From Auanema rhodensis (lineage: Eukaryota > Animalia > Nematoda): DNA of 64,000 bases. The DNA is taken from positions 24,428,001 to 24,492,000 of the forward strand of contig OZ059900.1 in NCBI GenBank assembly GCA_964057225.1. The letters are read 5' to 3'. Of this stretch, positions 27,801 to 42,715 are shown piece after piece (the stretch's first letter is position 1; every line of letters begins with the position of its first letter). A model generated the notes under the pieces. The model worked only from the letters and a program-made list of their open reading frames with translations. It did no database searches and was not told the DNA's origin. A program made the position numbers and the translations under genes.

Positions 27801-30800
27801 TTTCCAAAAACTGGTTTTCCAGCATAATAAAATATTTCTCATGAGAAATACTGTGTTTTTGTATTTTTCTAGTGTTCAGCATGTAAAATGCTTCATTTTA
27901 GTATGTAACACGCTGAAATTCGTTGCATTTGACGACTCATATGAACAAAAATCGATTTAATCAATATTAGCCATAAGGGGCGTGCCCTCAGAATATGCTA
28001 ATTTCCTTAATTTTCTAACCCCTGTTTTTTTGTCGTGAAAGTGGAATTAGACGTTGTAGGAACAATTTTGAGCTAGGTTTCATTGACATTGCATGAGTTT
28101 GAACACATGAAATCGTAAGTCAAAACCTTGTTTACAGCGAAATTTCCAAAAACTGGTTTTCCAGCATAATAAAATATTTCTCATGAGAAATACTGTGTTT
28201 TTGTATTTTTCTAGTGTTCAGCATGTAAAATGCTTCATTTTAGTATGTAACACGATGAAATTCGTTGCATTTGACGACTCATATGAACAAAAATCGATTT
28301 AATCAATATTAGCCATAAGGGGCGTGCCCTCAGAATATGCTAATTTCCTTAATTTTCTAACCCCTGTTTTTTTGTCGTGAAAGTGGAACTAGACGTTGGA
28401 GGAACAATTTTGAGCTAGGTTTCATTGACATTGCATGAGTTTGAACACATGAAATCGTAAGTCAAAACCTTGTTTACAGCGAAATTTCCAAAAACTGGTT
28501 TTCCAGCATAATAAAATATTTCTCATGGGAAATACTGTGTTTTTGTATTTTTCTAGTGTTCAGCATGTAAAATGCTTCATTTTAGTATGTAACACGCTGA
28601 AATTCGTTGCATTTGACGACTCATATGAACAAAAATCGATTTAATCAATATTAGCCATAAGGGGCGTGCCCTCAGAATATGCTAATTTCCTTAATTTTCT
28701 AACCCCTGTTTTTTTGTCGTGAAAGTGGAACTAGACGTTGTACAAACAATTTTGAGCTAGGTTTCATTGACATTGCATGAGTTTGAACACATGAAATCGT
28801 AAGTCAAAACCTTGTTTACAGCGAAATTTCCAAAAACTGGTTTTCCAGCATAATAAAATATTTCTCATGAGAAATACTGTGTTTTTGTATTTTTCTAGTG
28901 TTCAGCATGTAAAATGCTTCATTTTAGTATGTAACACGCTGAAATTCGTTGCATTTGACGACTCATATGAACAAAAATCGATTTAATCAATATTAGCCAT
29001 AAGGGGCGTGCCCTCAGAATATGCTAATTTCCTTAATTTTCTAACCCCTGTTTTTTTGTCGTGAAAGTGGAACTAGACGTTGTAGGAACAATTCTGAGCT
29101 AGGTTTCATTGACATTGCATGAGTTTGAACACATGAAATCGTAAGTCAAAACCTTGTTTACAGCGAAATTTCCATAAACTGGTTTTCCAGCATAATAAAA
29201 TATTTCTCATGGGAAATACTGTGTTTTTGTATTTTTCTAGTGTTCAGCATGTGAAATGCTTCATTTTAGTATGTAACACGCTGAAATTCGTTGCATTTGA
29301 CGACTCATATGAACAAAAATCGATTTAATCAATATTAGCCATAAGGGGCGTGCCCTCAGAATATGCTAATTTCCTTAATTTTCTAACCCCTGTTTTTTTG
29401 TCGTGAAAGTGGAACTAGACGTTGTACGAACAATTTTGAGCTAGGTTTCATTGACATTGCATGAGTTTGAACACATGAAATCGTAAGTCAAAACCTTGTT
29501 TACAGCGAAATTTCCAAAAACTGGTTTTCCAGCATAATAAAATATTTCTCATGAGAAATACTGTGTTTTTGTATTTTTCTAGTGTTCAGCATGTGAAATG
29601 CTTCATTTTAGTATGTAACACGCTGAAATTCGTTGCATTTGACGACTCATATGAACAAAAATCGATTTAATCAATATTAGCCATAAGGGGCGTGCCCTCA
29701 GAATATGCTAATTTCCTTAATTTTCTAACCCCTGTTTTTTTGTCGTGAAAGTGGAACTAGACGTTGTAGGAACAATTTTGAGCTAGGTTTCATTGACATT
29801 GCATGAGTTTGAACACATGAAATCGTAAGTCAAAACCTTGTTTACAGCGAAAATTCCAAAAACTGGTTTTCCAGCATAATAAAATATTTCTCATGGGAAA
29901 TACTGTGTTTTTGTATTTTTCTAGTGTTCAGCATGTAAAATGCTTCATTTTAGTATGTAACACGCTGAAATTCGTTGCATTTGAAGACTCATATGAACAA
30001 AAATCGATTTAATCAATATTAGCCATAAGGGGCGTGCCCTCAGAATATGCTAATTTCCTTAATTTTCTAACCCCTGTTTTTTGTCGTGAAAGTGGAACTA
30101 GACGTTGTAGGAACAATTTTGAGCTAGGTTTCATTGACATTGCATGAGTTTGAACACATGAAATCGTAAGTCAAAACCTTGTTTACAGCGAAATTTCCAA
30201 AAACTGGTTTTCCAGCATAATAAAATATTTCTCATGGGAAATACTGTGTTTTTGTATTTTTCTAGTGTTCAGCATGTAAAATACTTCATTTTAGTATGTA
30301 ACACGCTGAAATTCGTTGCATTTGACGACTCATATGAACAAAAATCGATTTAATCAATATTAGCCATAAGGGGCGTGCCCTCAGAATATGCTAATTTCCT
30401 AAATTTTCTAACCCCTGTTTTTTTGTCGTGAAAGTGGAACTAGACGTTGTAGGAACAATTTTGAGCTAGGTTTCATTGACATTGCATGAGTTTGAACACA
30501 TGAAATCGTAAGTCAAAACCTTGTTTACAGCGAAATTTCCAAAAACTGGTTTTCCAGCATAATAAAATATTTCTCATGGGAAATACTGTGTTTTTGTATT
30601 TTTCTAGTGTTCAGCATGTGAAATGCTTCATTTTAGTATGTAACACGCTGAAATTCGTTGCATTTGACGACTCATATGAACAAAAATCGATTTAATCAAT
30701 ATTAGCCATAAGGGGCGTGCCCTCAGAATATGCTAATTTCCTTAATTTTCTAACCCCGGTTTTTTTGTCGTGAAAGTGGAATTAGACGTTGTAGGAACAA

Positions 30801-33800
30801 TTTTGAGCTAGGTTTCATTGACATTGCATGAGTTTGAACACATGAAATCGTAAGTCAAAACCTTGTTTACAGCGAAATTTCCAAAAACTGGTTTTCCAGC
30901 ATAATAAAATATTTCTCATGGGAAATACTGTGTTTTTGTATTTTTCTAGTGTTCAGCATGTAGAATGCTTCATTTTAGTATGTAACACGCTGAAATTCGT
31001 TGCATTTGACGACTCATATGAACAAAAATCGATTTAATCAATATTAGCCATAAAGGGCGTGCCCTCAGAATATGCTAATTTCCTTAATTTTCTAACCCCT
31101 GTTTTTTTGTCGTGAAAGTGGAACTAGACGTTGTAGGAACAATTTTGAGCTAGGTTTCATTGACATTGCATGAGTTTGAACACATGAAATCGTAAGTCAA
31201 AACCTTGTTTACAGCGAAATTTCCAAAAACTGGTTTTCCAGCATAATAAAATATTTCTCATGGGAAATACTGTGTTTTTGTATTTTTCTAGTGTTCAGCA
31301 TGTAAAATGCTTCATTTTAGTATGTAACACGCTGAAATTCGTTGCATTTGACGACTCATATGAACAAAAATCGATTTAATCAATATTAGCCATAAGGGGC
31401 GTGCCCTCAGAATATGCTAATTTCCTTAATTTTCTAACCCCTGTTTTTTTGTCGTGAAAGTGGAATTAGACGTTGTAGGAACAATTTTGAGCTAGGTTTC
31501 ATTGACATTGCATGAGTTTGAACGCATGAAATCGTAAGTCAAAACCTTGTTTACAGCGAAATTTCCAAAAACTGGTTTTCCAGCATAATAAAATATTTCT
31601 CATGGGAAATACTGTGTTTTTGTATTTTTCTAGTGTTCAGCATGTAGAATGCTTCATTTTAGTATGTAACACGCTGAAATTCGTTGCATTTGACGACTCA
31701 TATGAACAAAAATCGATTTAATCAATATTAGCCATAAGGGGCGTGCCCTCAGAATATGCTAATTTCCTTAATTTTCTAACCCCTGTTTTTTTGTCGTGAA
31801 AGTGGAACTAGACGTTGTAGGAACAATTTTGAGCTAGGTTTCATTGACATTGCATGAGTTTGAACACATGAAATCGTAAGTCAAAACCTTGTTTACAGCG
31901 AAATTTCCAAAAACTGGTTTTCCAGCATAATAAAATATTTCTCATGGGAAATACTGTGTTTTTGTATTTTTCTAGTGTTCAGCATGTAAAATGCTTCATT
32001 TTAGTATGTAACACGCTGAAATTCGTTGCATTTGACGACTCATATGAACAAAAATCGATTTAATCAATATTAGCCATAAGGGGCGTGCCCTCAGAATATG
32101 CTAATTTCCTTAATTTTCTAACCCCTGTTTTTTTGTCGTGAAAGTGGAATTAGACGTTGTAGGAACAATTTTGAGCTAGGTTTCATTGACATTGCATGAG
32201 TTTGAACGCATGAAATCGTAAGTCAAAACCTTGTTTACAGCGAAATTTCCAAAAACTGGTTTTCCAGCATAATAAAATATTTCTCATGGGAAATACTGTG
32301 TTTTTGTATTTTTATAGTGTTCAGCATGTAAAATGCTTCATTTTAGTATGTAACACGCTGAAATTCGTTGCATTTGACGACTCATATGAACAAAAATCGA
32401 TTTAATCAATATTAGCCATAAGGGGCGTGCCCTCAGAATATGCTAATTTCCTTAATTTTCTAACCCCGGTTTTTTTGTCGTGAAAGTGGAATTAGACGTT
32501 GTAGGAACAATTTTGAGCTAGGTTTCATTGACATTGCATGAGTTTGAACACATGAAATCGTAAGTCAAAACCTTGTTTACAGCGAAATTTCCAAAAACTG
32601 GTTTTCCAGCATAATAAAATATTTCTCATGGGAAATACTGTGTTTTTGTATTTTTCTAGTGTTCAGCATGTAAAATGCTTCATTTTAGTATGTAACACGC
32701 TGAAATTCGTTGCATTTGACGACTCATATGAACAAAAATCGATTTAATCAATATTAGCCATAAGGGGCGTGCCCTCAGAATATGCTAATTTCCTTAATTT
32801 TCTAACCCCGGTTTTTTTGTCGTGAAAGTGGATTTAGACGTTGTAGGAACAATTTTGAGCTAGGTTTCATTGACATTGCATGAGTTTGAACACATGAAAT
32901 CGTAAGTCAAAACCTTGTTTACAGCGAAATTTCCAAAAACTGGTTTTCCAGCATAATAAAATATTTCTCATGGGAAATACTGTGTTTTTGTATTTTTCTA
33001 GTGTTCAGCATGTAGAATGCTTCATTTTAGTATGTAACACGCTGAAATTCGTTGCATTTGACGACTCATATGAACAAAAATCGATTTAATCAATATTAGC
33101 CATAAGGGGCGTGCCCTCAGAATATGCTAATTTCCTTAATTTTCTAACCCCTGTTTTTTTGTCGTGAAAGTGGAACTAGACGTTGTAGGAACAATTTTGA
33201 GCTAGGTTTCATTGACATTGCATGAGTTTGAACACATGAAATCGTAAGTCAAAACCTTGTTTACAGCGAAATTTCCAAAAACTGGTTTTCCAGCATAATA
33301 AAATATTTCTCATGGGAAATACTGTGTTTTTGTATTTTTCTAGTGTTCAGCATGTAAAATGCTTCATTTTAGTATGTAACACGCTGAAATTCGTTGCATT
33401 TGACGACTCATATGAACAAAAATCGATTTAATCAATATTAGCCATAAGGGGCGTGCCCTCAGAATATGCTAATTTCCTTAATTTTCTAACCCCTGTTTTT
33501 TTGTCGTGAAAGTGGAATTAGACGTTGTAGGAACAATTTTGAGCTAGGTTTCATTGACATTGCATGAGTTTGAACGCATGAAATCGTAAGTCAAAACCTT
33601 GTTTACAGCGAAATTTCCAAAAACTGGTTTTCCAGCATAATAAAATATTTCTCATGGGAAATACTGTGTTTTTGTATTTTTATAGTGTTCAGCATGTAAA
33701 ATGCTTCATTTTAGTATGTAACACGCTGAAATTCGTTGCATTTGACGACTCATATGAACAAAAATCGATTTAATCAATATTAGCCATAAGGGGCGTGCCC

Positions 33801-36800
33801 TCAGAATATGCTAATTTCCTTAATTTTCTAACCCCGGTTTTTTTGTCGTGAAAGTGGAATTAGACGTTGTAGGAACAATTTTGAGCTAGGTTTCATTGAC
33901 ATTGCATGAGTTTGAACACATGAAATCGTAAGTCAAAACCTTGTTTACAGCGAAATTTCCAAAAACTGGTTTTCCAGCATAATAAAATATTTCTCATGGG
34001 AAATACTGTGTTTTTGTATTTTTCTAGTGTTCAGCATGTAAAATGCTTCATTTTAGTATGTAACACGCTGAAATTCGTTGCATTTGACGACTCATATGAA
34101 CAAAATACGATTTAATCAATATTAGCCATAAGGGGCGTGCCCTCAGAATATGCTAATTTCCTTAATTTTCTAACCCCTGTTTTTTTGTCGTGAAAGTGGA
34201 ACTAGACGTTGTACAAACAATTTTGAGCTAGGTTTCATTGACATTGCATGAGTTTGAACACATGAAATCGTAAGTCAAAACCTTGTTTACAGCGAAATTT
34301 CCAAAAACTGGTTTTCCAGCATAATAAAATATTTCTCATGGGAAATACTGTGTTTTTGTATTTTTCTAGTGTTCAGCATGTAAAATGCTTCATTTTAGTA
34401 TGTAACACGCTGAAATTCGTTGCATTTGACTACTCATATGAACAAAAATCGATTTAATCAATATTAGCCATAAGGGGCGTGCCCTCAGAATATGCTAATT
34501 TCCTTAATTTTCTAACCCCTGTTTTTTTGTCGTGAAAGTGGAACTAGACGTTGTAGGAACAATTTTGAGCTAGGTTTCATTGACATTGCATGAGTTTGAA
34601 CACATGAAATCGTAAGTCAAAACCTTGTTTACAGCGAAATTTCCAAAAACTGGTTTTCCAGCATAATAAAATATTTCTCATGGGAAATACTGTGTTTTTG
34701 TATTTTTCTAGTGTTCAGCATGTGAAATGCTTCATTTTAGTATGTAACACGCTGAAATTCGTTGCATTTGACGACTCATATGAACAAAAATCGATTTAAT
34801 CAATATTAGCCATAAGGGGCGTGCCCTCAGAATATGCTAATTTCCTTAATTTTCTAACCCCGGTTTTTTTGTCGTGAAAGTGGATTTAGACGTTGTAGGA
34901 ACAATTTTGAGCTAGGTTTCATTGACATTGCATGAGTTTGAACACATGAAATCGTAAGTCAAAACCTTGTTTACAGCGAAATTTCCAAAAACTGGTTTTC
35001 CAGCATAATAAAATATTTCTCATGGGAAATACTGTGTTTTTGTATTTTTCTAGTGTTCAGCATGTAAAATGTTTCATTTTAGTATGTAACACGCTGAAAT
35101 TCGTTGCATTTGACTACTCATATGAACAAAAATCGATTTAATCAATATTAGCCATAAGGGGCGTGCCCTCAGAATATGCTAATTTCCTTAATTTTCTAAA
35201 CCCTGTTTTTTTGTCGTGAAAGTGGAACTAGACGTTGTACAAACAATTTTGAGCTAGGTTTCATTGACATTGCATGAGTTTGAACACATGAAATCGTAAG
35301 TCAAAACCTTGTTTACAGCGAAATTTCCAAAAACTGGTTTTCCAGCATAATAAAATATTTCTCATGGGAAATACTGTGTTTTTGTATTTTTCTAGTGTTC
35401 AGCATGTGAAATGCTTCATTTTAGTATGTAACACGCTGAAATTCGTTGCATTTGACGACTCATATGAACAAAAATCGATTTAATCAATATTAGCCATAAG
35501 GGGCGTGCCCTCAGAATATGCTAATTTCCTTAATTTTCTAACCCCGGTTTTTTTGTCGTGAAAGTGGATTTAGACGTTGTAGGAACAATTTTGAGCTAGG
35601 TTTCATTGACATTGCATGAGTTTGAACACATGAAATCGTAAGTCAAAACCTTGTTTACAGCGAAATTTCCAAAAACTGGTTTTCCAGCATAATAAAATAT
35701 TTCTCATGGGAAATACTGTGTTTTTGTATTTTTCTAGTGTTCAGCATGTAAAATGTTTCATTTTAGTATGTAACACGCTGAAATTCGTTGCATTTGACTA
35801 CTCATATGAACAAAAATCGATTTAATCAATATTAGCCATAAGGGGCGTGCCCTCAGAATATGCTAATTTCCTTAATTTTCTAAACCCTGTTTTTTTGTCG
35901 TGAAAGTGGAACTAGACGTTGTACAAACAATTTTGAGCTAGGTTTCATTGACATTGCATGAGTTTGAACACATGAAATCGTAAGTCAAAACCTTGTTTAC
36001 AGCGAAATTTCCAAAAACTGGTTTTCCAGCATAATAAAATATTTCTCATGAGAAATACTGTGTTTTTGTATTTTTCTAGTGTTCAGCATGTAAAATGCTT
36101 CATTTTAGTATGTAACACGATGAAATTCGTTGCATTTGACGACTCATATGAACAAAAATCGATTTAATCAATATTAGCCATAAGGGGCGTGCCCTCAGAA
36201 TATGCTAATTTCATTAATTTTCTAACCCCTGTTTTTTTGTCGTGAAAGTGGAACTAGACGTTGTAGGAACAATTTTGAGCTAGGTTTCATTGACATTGCA
36301 TGAGTTTGAACACATGAAATCGTAAGTCAAAACCTTGTTTACAGCGAAATTTCCAAAAACTGGTTTTCCAGCATAATAAAATATTTCTCATGGGAAATAC
36401 TGTGTTTTTGTATTTTTCTAGTGTTCAGCATGTAAAATGCTTCATTTTAGTATGTAACACGCTGAAATTCATTGCATTTGACGACTCATATGAACAAAAA
36501 TCGATTTAATCAATATTAGCCATAAGGGGCGTGCCCTCAGAATATGCTAATTTCCTTAATTTTCTAACCCCTGTTTTTTTGTCGTGAAAGTGGAACTAGA
36601 CGTTGTACAAACAATTTTGAGCTAGGTTTCATTGACATTGCATGAGTTTGAACACATGAAATCGTAAGTCAAAACCTTGTTTACAGCGAAATTTCCAAAA
36701 ACTGGTTTTCCAGCATAATAAAATATTTCTCATGAGAAATACTGTGTTTTTGTATTTTTCTAGTGTTCAGCATGTAAAATGCTTCATTTTAGTATGTAAC

Positions 36801-37957
36801 ACGCTGAAATTCGTTGCATTTGACGACTCATATGAACAAAAATCGATTTAATCAATATTAGCCATAAGGGGCGTGCCCTCAGAATATGCTAATTTCCTTA
36901 ATTTTCTAACCCCTGTTTTTTTGTCGTGAAAGTGGAACTAGACGTTGTAGGAACAATTCTGAGCTAGGTTTCATTGACATTGCATGAGTTTGAACACATG
37001 AAATCGTAAGTCAAAACCTTGTTTACAGCGAAATTTCCATAAACTGGTTTTCCAGCATAATAAAATATTTCTCATGGGAAATACTGTGTTTTTGTATTTT
37101 TCTAGTGTTCAGCATGTGAAATGCTTCATTTTAGTATGTAACACGCTGAAATTCGTTGCATTTGACGACTCATATGAACAAAAATCGATTTAATCAATAT
37201 TAGCCATAAGGGGCGTGCCCTCAGAATATGCTAATTTCCTTAATTTTCTAACCCCTGTTTTTTTGTCGTGAAAGTGGAACTAGACGTTGTACGAACAATT
37301 TTGAGCTAGGTTTCATTGACATTGCATGAGTTTGAACACATGAAATCGTAAGTCAAAACCTTGTTTACAGCGAAATTTCCAAAAACTGGTTTTCCAGCAT
37401 AATAAAATATTTCTCATGAGAAATACTGTGTTTTTGTATTTTTCTAGTGTTCAGCATGTGAAATGCTTCATTTTAGTATGTAACACGCTGAAATTCGTTG
37501 CATTTGACGACTCATATGAACAAAAATCGATTTAATCAATATTAGCCATAAGGGGCGTGCCCTCAGAATATGCTAATTTCCTTAATTTTCTAACCCCTGT
37601 TTTTTTGTCGTGAAAGTGGAACTAGACGTTGTAGGAACAATTTTGAGCTAGGTTTCATTGACATTGCATGAGTTTGAACACATGAAATCGTAAGTCAAAA
37701 CCTTGTTTACAGCGAAAATTCCAAAAACTGGTTTTCCAGCATAATAAAATATTTCTCATGGGAAATACTGTGTTTTTGTATTTTTCTAGTGTTCAGCATG
37801 TAAAATGCTTCATTTTAGTATGTAACACGCTGAAATTCGTTGCATTTGAAGACTCATATGAACAAAAATCGATTTAATCAATATTAGCCATAAGGGGCGT
37901 GCCCTCAGAATATGCTAATTTCCTTAATTTTCTAACCCCTGTTTTTTGTCGTGAAAG
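21888..37957 (+). repeat. Dispersed copies of a diagnostic 4-monomer block (21888-23254, 28726-30092, 36591-37957)
   Basis: All three copies share the same ordered rare alleles: ATTCTG+CCATA, then GTACGA, then GAAAATT+GAAGAC+T6 deletion. Confidence 0.88.
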
Positions 37958-40900
37958 TGGAACTAGACGTTGTAGGAACAATTTTGAGCTAGGTTTCATT
38001 GACATTGCATGAGTTTGAACACATGAAATCGTAAGTCAAAACCTTGTTTACAGCGAAATTTCCAAAAACTGGTTTTCCAGCATAATAAAATATTTCTCAT
38101 GAGAAATACTGTGTTTTTGTATTTTTCTAGTGTTCAGCATGTAAAATGCTTCATTTTAGTATGTAACACGATGAAATTCGTTGCATTTGACGACTCATAT
38201 GAACAAAAATCGATTTAATCAATATTAGCCATAAGGGGCGTGCCCTCAGAATATGCTAATTTCATTAATTTTCTAACCCCGGTTTTTTTGTCGTGAAAGT
38301 GGATTTAGACGTTGTAGGAACAATTTTGAGCTAGGTTTCATTGACATTGCATGAGTTTGAACACATGAAATCGTAAGTCAAAACCTTGTTTACAGCGAAA
38401 TTTCCAAAAACTGGTTTTCCAGCATAATAAAATATTTCTCATGGGAAATACTGTGTTTTTGTATTTTTCTAGTGTTCAGCATGTAAAATGCTTCATTTTA
38501 GTATGTAACACGCTGAAATTCGTTGCATTTGACTACTCATATGAACAAAAATCGATTTAATCAATATTAGCCATAAGGGGCGTGCCCTCAGAATATGCTA
38601 ATTTCCTTAATTTTCTAACCCCTGTTTTTTTGTCGTGAAAGTGGAACTAGACGTTGTACAAACAATTTTGAGCTAGGTTTCATTGACATTGCATGAGTTT
38701 GAACACATGAAATCGTAAGTCAAAACCTTGTTTACAGCGAAATTTCCAAAAACTGGTTTTCCAGCATAATAAAATATTTCTCATGAGAAATACTGTGTTT
38801 TTGTATTTTTCTAGTGTTCAGCATGTAAAATGCTTCATTTTAGTATGTAACACGATGAAATTCGTTGCATTTGACGACTCATATGAACAAAAATCGATTT
38901 AATCAATATTAGCCATAAGGGGCGTGCCCTCAGAATATGCTAATTTCATTAATTTTCTAACCCCTGTTTTTTTGTCGTGAAAGTGGAACTAGACGTTGTA
39001 GGAACAATTTTGAGCTAGGTTTCATTGACATTGCATGAGTTTGAACACATGAAATCGTAAGTCAAAACCTTGTTTACAGCGAAATTTCCAAAAACTGGTT
39101 TTCCAGCATAATAAAATATTTCTCATGGGAAATACTGTGTTTTTGTATTTTTCTAGTGTTCAGCATGTAAAATGCTTCATTTTAGTATGTAACACGCTGA
39201 AATTCGTTGCATTTGACGACTCATATGAACAAAAATCGATTTAATCAATATTAGCCATAAGGGGCGTGCCCTCAGAATATGCTAATTTCCTTAATTTTCT
39301 AACCCCTGTTTTTTTGTCGTGAAAGTGGAACTAGACGTTGTACAAACAATTTTGAGCTAGGTTTCATTGACATTGCATGAGTTTGAACACATGAAATCGT
39401 AAGTCAAAACCTTGTTTACAGCGAAATTTCCAAAAACTGGTTTTCCAGCATAATAAAATATTTCTCATGAGAAATACTGTGTTTTTGTATTTTTCTAGTG
39501 TTCAGCATGTAAAATGCTTCATTTTAGTATGTAACACGATGAAATTCGTTGCATTTGACGACTCATATGAACAAAAATCGATTTAATCAATATTAGCCAT
39601 AAGGGGCGTGCCCTCAGAATATGCTAATTTCATTAATTTTCTAACCCCGGTTTTTTTGTCGTGAAAGTGGATTTAGACGTTGTAGGAACAATTTTGAGCT
39701 AGGTTTCATTGACATTGCATGAGTTTGAACACATGAAATCGTAAGTCAAAACCTTGTTTACAGCGAAATTTCCAAAAACTGGTTTTCCAGCATAATAAAA
39801 TATTTCTCATGGGAAATACTGTGTTTTTGTATTTTTCTAGTGTTCAGCATGTAAAATGCTTCATTTTAGTATGTAACACGCTGAAATTCGTTGCATTTGA
39901 CTACTCATATGAACAAAAATCGATTTAATCAATATTAGCCATAAGGGGCGTGCCCTCAGAATATGCTAATTTCCTTAATTTTCTAACCCCTGTTTTTTTG
40001 TCGTGAAAGTGGAACTAGACGTTGTACAAACAATTTTGAGCTAGGTTTCATTGACATTGCATGAGTTTGAACACATGAAATCGTAAGTCAAAACCTTGTT
40101 TACAGCGAAATTTCCAAAAACTGGTTTTCCAGCATAATAAAATATTTCTCATGAGAAATACTGTGTTTTTGTATTTTTCTAGTGTTCAGCATGTAAAATG
40201 CTTCATTTTAGTATGTAACACGATGAAATTCGTTGCATTTGACGACTCATATGAACAAAAATCGATTTAATCAATATTAGCCATAAGGGGCGTGCCCTCA
40301 GAATATGCTAATTTCATTAATTTTCTAACCCCTGTTTTTTTGTCGTGAAAGTGGAACTAGACGTTGTAGGAACAATTTTGAGCTAGGTTTCATTGACATT
40401 GCATGAGTTTGAACACATGAAATCGTAAGTCAAAACCTTGTTTACAGCGAAATTTCCAAAAACTGGTTTTCCAGCATAATAAAATATTTCTCATGGGAAA
40501 TACTGTGTTTTTGTATTTTTCTAGTGTTCAGCATGTAAAATGCTTCATTTTAGTATGTAACACGCTGAAATTCGTTGCATTTGACGACTCATATGAACAA
40601 AAATCGATTTAATCAATATTAGCCATAAGGGGCGTGCCCTCAGAATATGCTAATTTCCTTAATTTTCTAACCCCTGTTTTTTTGTCGTGAAAGTGGAACT
40701 AGACGTTGTACAAACAATTTTGAGCTAGGTTTCATTGACATTGCATGAGTTTGAACACATGAAATCGTAAGTCAAAACCTTGTTTACAGCGAAATTTCCA
40801 AAAACTGGTTTTCCAGCATAATAAAATATTTCTCATGAGAAATACTGTGTTTTTGTATTTTTCTAGTGTTCAGCATGTAAAATGCTTCATTTTAGTATGT

Positions 40901-42715
40901 AACACGCTGAAATTCGTTGCATTTGACGACTCATATGAACAAAAATCGATTTAATCAATATTAGCCATAAGGGGCGTGCCCTCAGAATATGCTAATTTCC
41001 TTAATTTTCTAACCCCTGTTTTTTTTGTCGTGAAAGTGGAACTAGACGTTGTAGGAACAATTTTGAGCTAGGTTTCATTGACATTGCATGAGTTTGAACA
41101 CATGAAATCGTAAGTCAAAACCTTGTTTACAGCGAAATTTCCAAAAACTGGTTTTCCAGCATAATAAAATATTTCTCATGGGAAATACTGTGTTTTTGTA
41201 TTTTTCTAGTGTTCAGCATGTAAAATGCTTCATTTTAGTATGTAACACGCTGAAATTCGTTGCATTTGACGACTCATATGAACAAAAATCGATTTAATCA
41301 ATATTAGCCATAAGGGGCGTGCCCTCAGAATATGCTAATTTCCTTAATTTTCTAACCCCTGTTTTTTTGTCGTGAAAGTGGAACTAGACGTTGTACAAAC
41401 AATTTTGAGCTAGGTTTCATTGACATTGCATGAGTTTGAACACATGAAATCGTAAGTCAAAACCTTGTTTACAGCGAAATTTCCAAAAACTGGTTTTCCA
41501 GCATAATAAAATATTTCTCATGAGAAATACTGTGTTTTTGTATTTTTCTAGTGTTCAGCATGTAAAATGCTTCATTTTAGTATGTAACACGCTGAAATTC
41601 GTTGCATTTGACGACTCATATGAACAAAAATCGATTTAATCAATATTAGCCATAAGGGGCGTGCCCTCAGAATATGCTAATTTCCTTAATTTTCTAACCC
41701 CTGTTTTTTTTGTCGTGAAAGTGGAACTAGACGTTGTAGGAACAATTTTGAGCTAGGTTTCATTGACATTGCATGAGTTTGAACACATGAAATCGTAAGT
41801 CAAAACCTTGTTTACAGCGAAATTTCCAAAAACTGGTTTTCCAGCATAATAAAATATTTCTCATGGGAAATACTGTGTTTTTGTATTTTTATAGTGTTCA
41901 GCATGTAAAATGCTTCATTTTAGTATGTAACACGCTGAAATTCGTTGCATTTGACGACTCATATGAACAAAAATCGATTTAATCAATATTAGCCATAAGA
42001 GGCGTGCCCTCAGAATATGCTAATTTCCTTAATTTTCTAACCCCTGTTTTTTGTCGTGAAAGTGGAACTAGACGTTGTAGGAACAATTTTGAGCTAGGTT
42101 TCATTGACATTGCATGAGTTTGAACACATGAAATCGTAAGTCAAAACCTTGTTTACAGCGAAATTTCCAAAAACTGGTTTTCCAGCATAATAAAATATTT
42201 CTCATGGGAAATACTGTGTTTTTGTATTTTTATAGTGTTCAGCATGTAAAATGCTTCATTTTAGTATGTAACACGCTGAAATTCGTTGCATTTGACGACT
42301 CATATGAACAAAAATCGATTTAATCAATATTAGCCATAAGGGGCGTGCCCTCAGAATATGCTAATTTCCTTAATTTTCTAACCCCTGTTTTTTTGTCGTG
42401 AAAGTGGAACTAGACGTTGTAGGAACAATTTTGAGCTAGGTTTCATTGACATTGCATGAGTTTGAACACATGAAATCGTAAGTCAAAAACTTGTTTACAG
42501 CGAAATTTCCAAAAACTGGTTTTCCAGCATAATAAAATATTTCTCATGGGAAATACTGTGTTTTTGTATTTTTCTAGTGTTCAGCATGTGAAATGCTTCA
42601 TTTTAGTATGTAACACGCTGAAATTCGTTGCATTTGACGACTCATATGAACAAAAATCGATTTAATCAATATTAGCCATAAGGGGCGTGCCCTCAGAATA
42701 TGCTAATTTCCTAAA

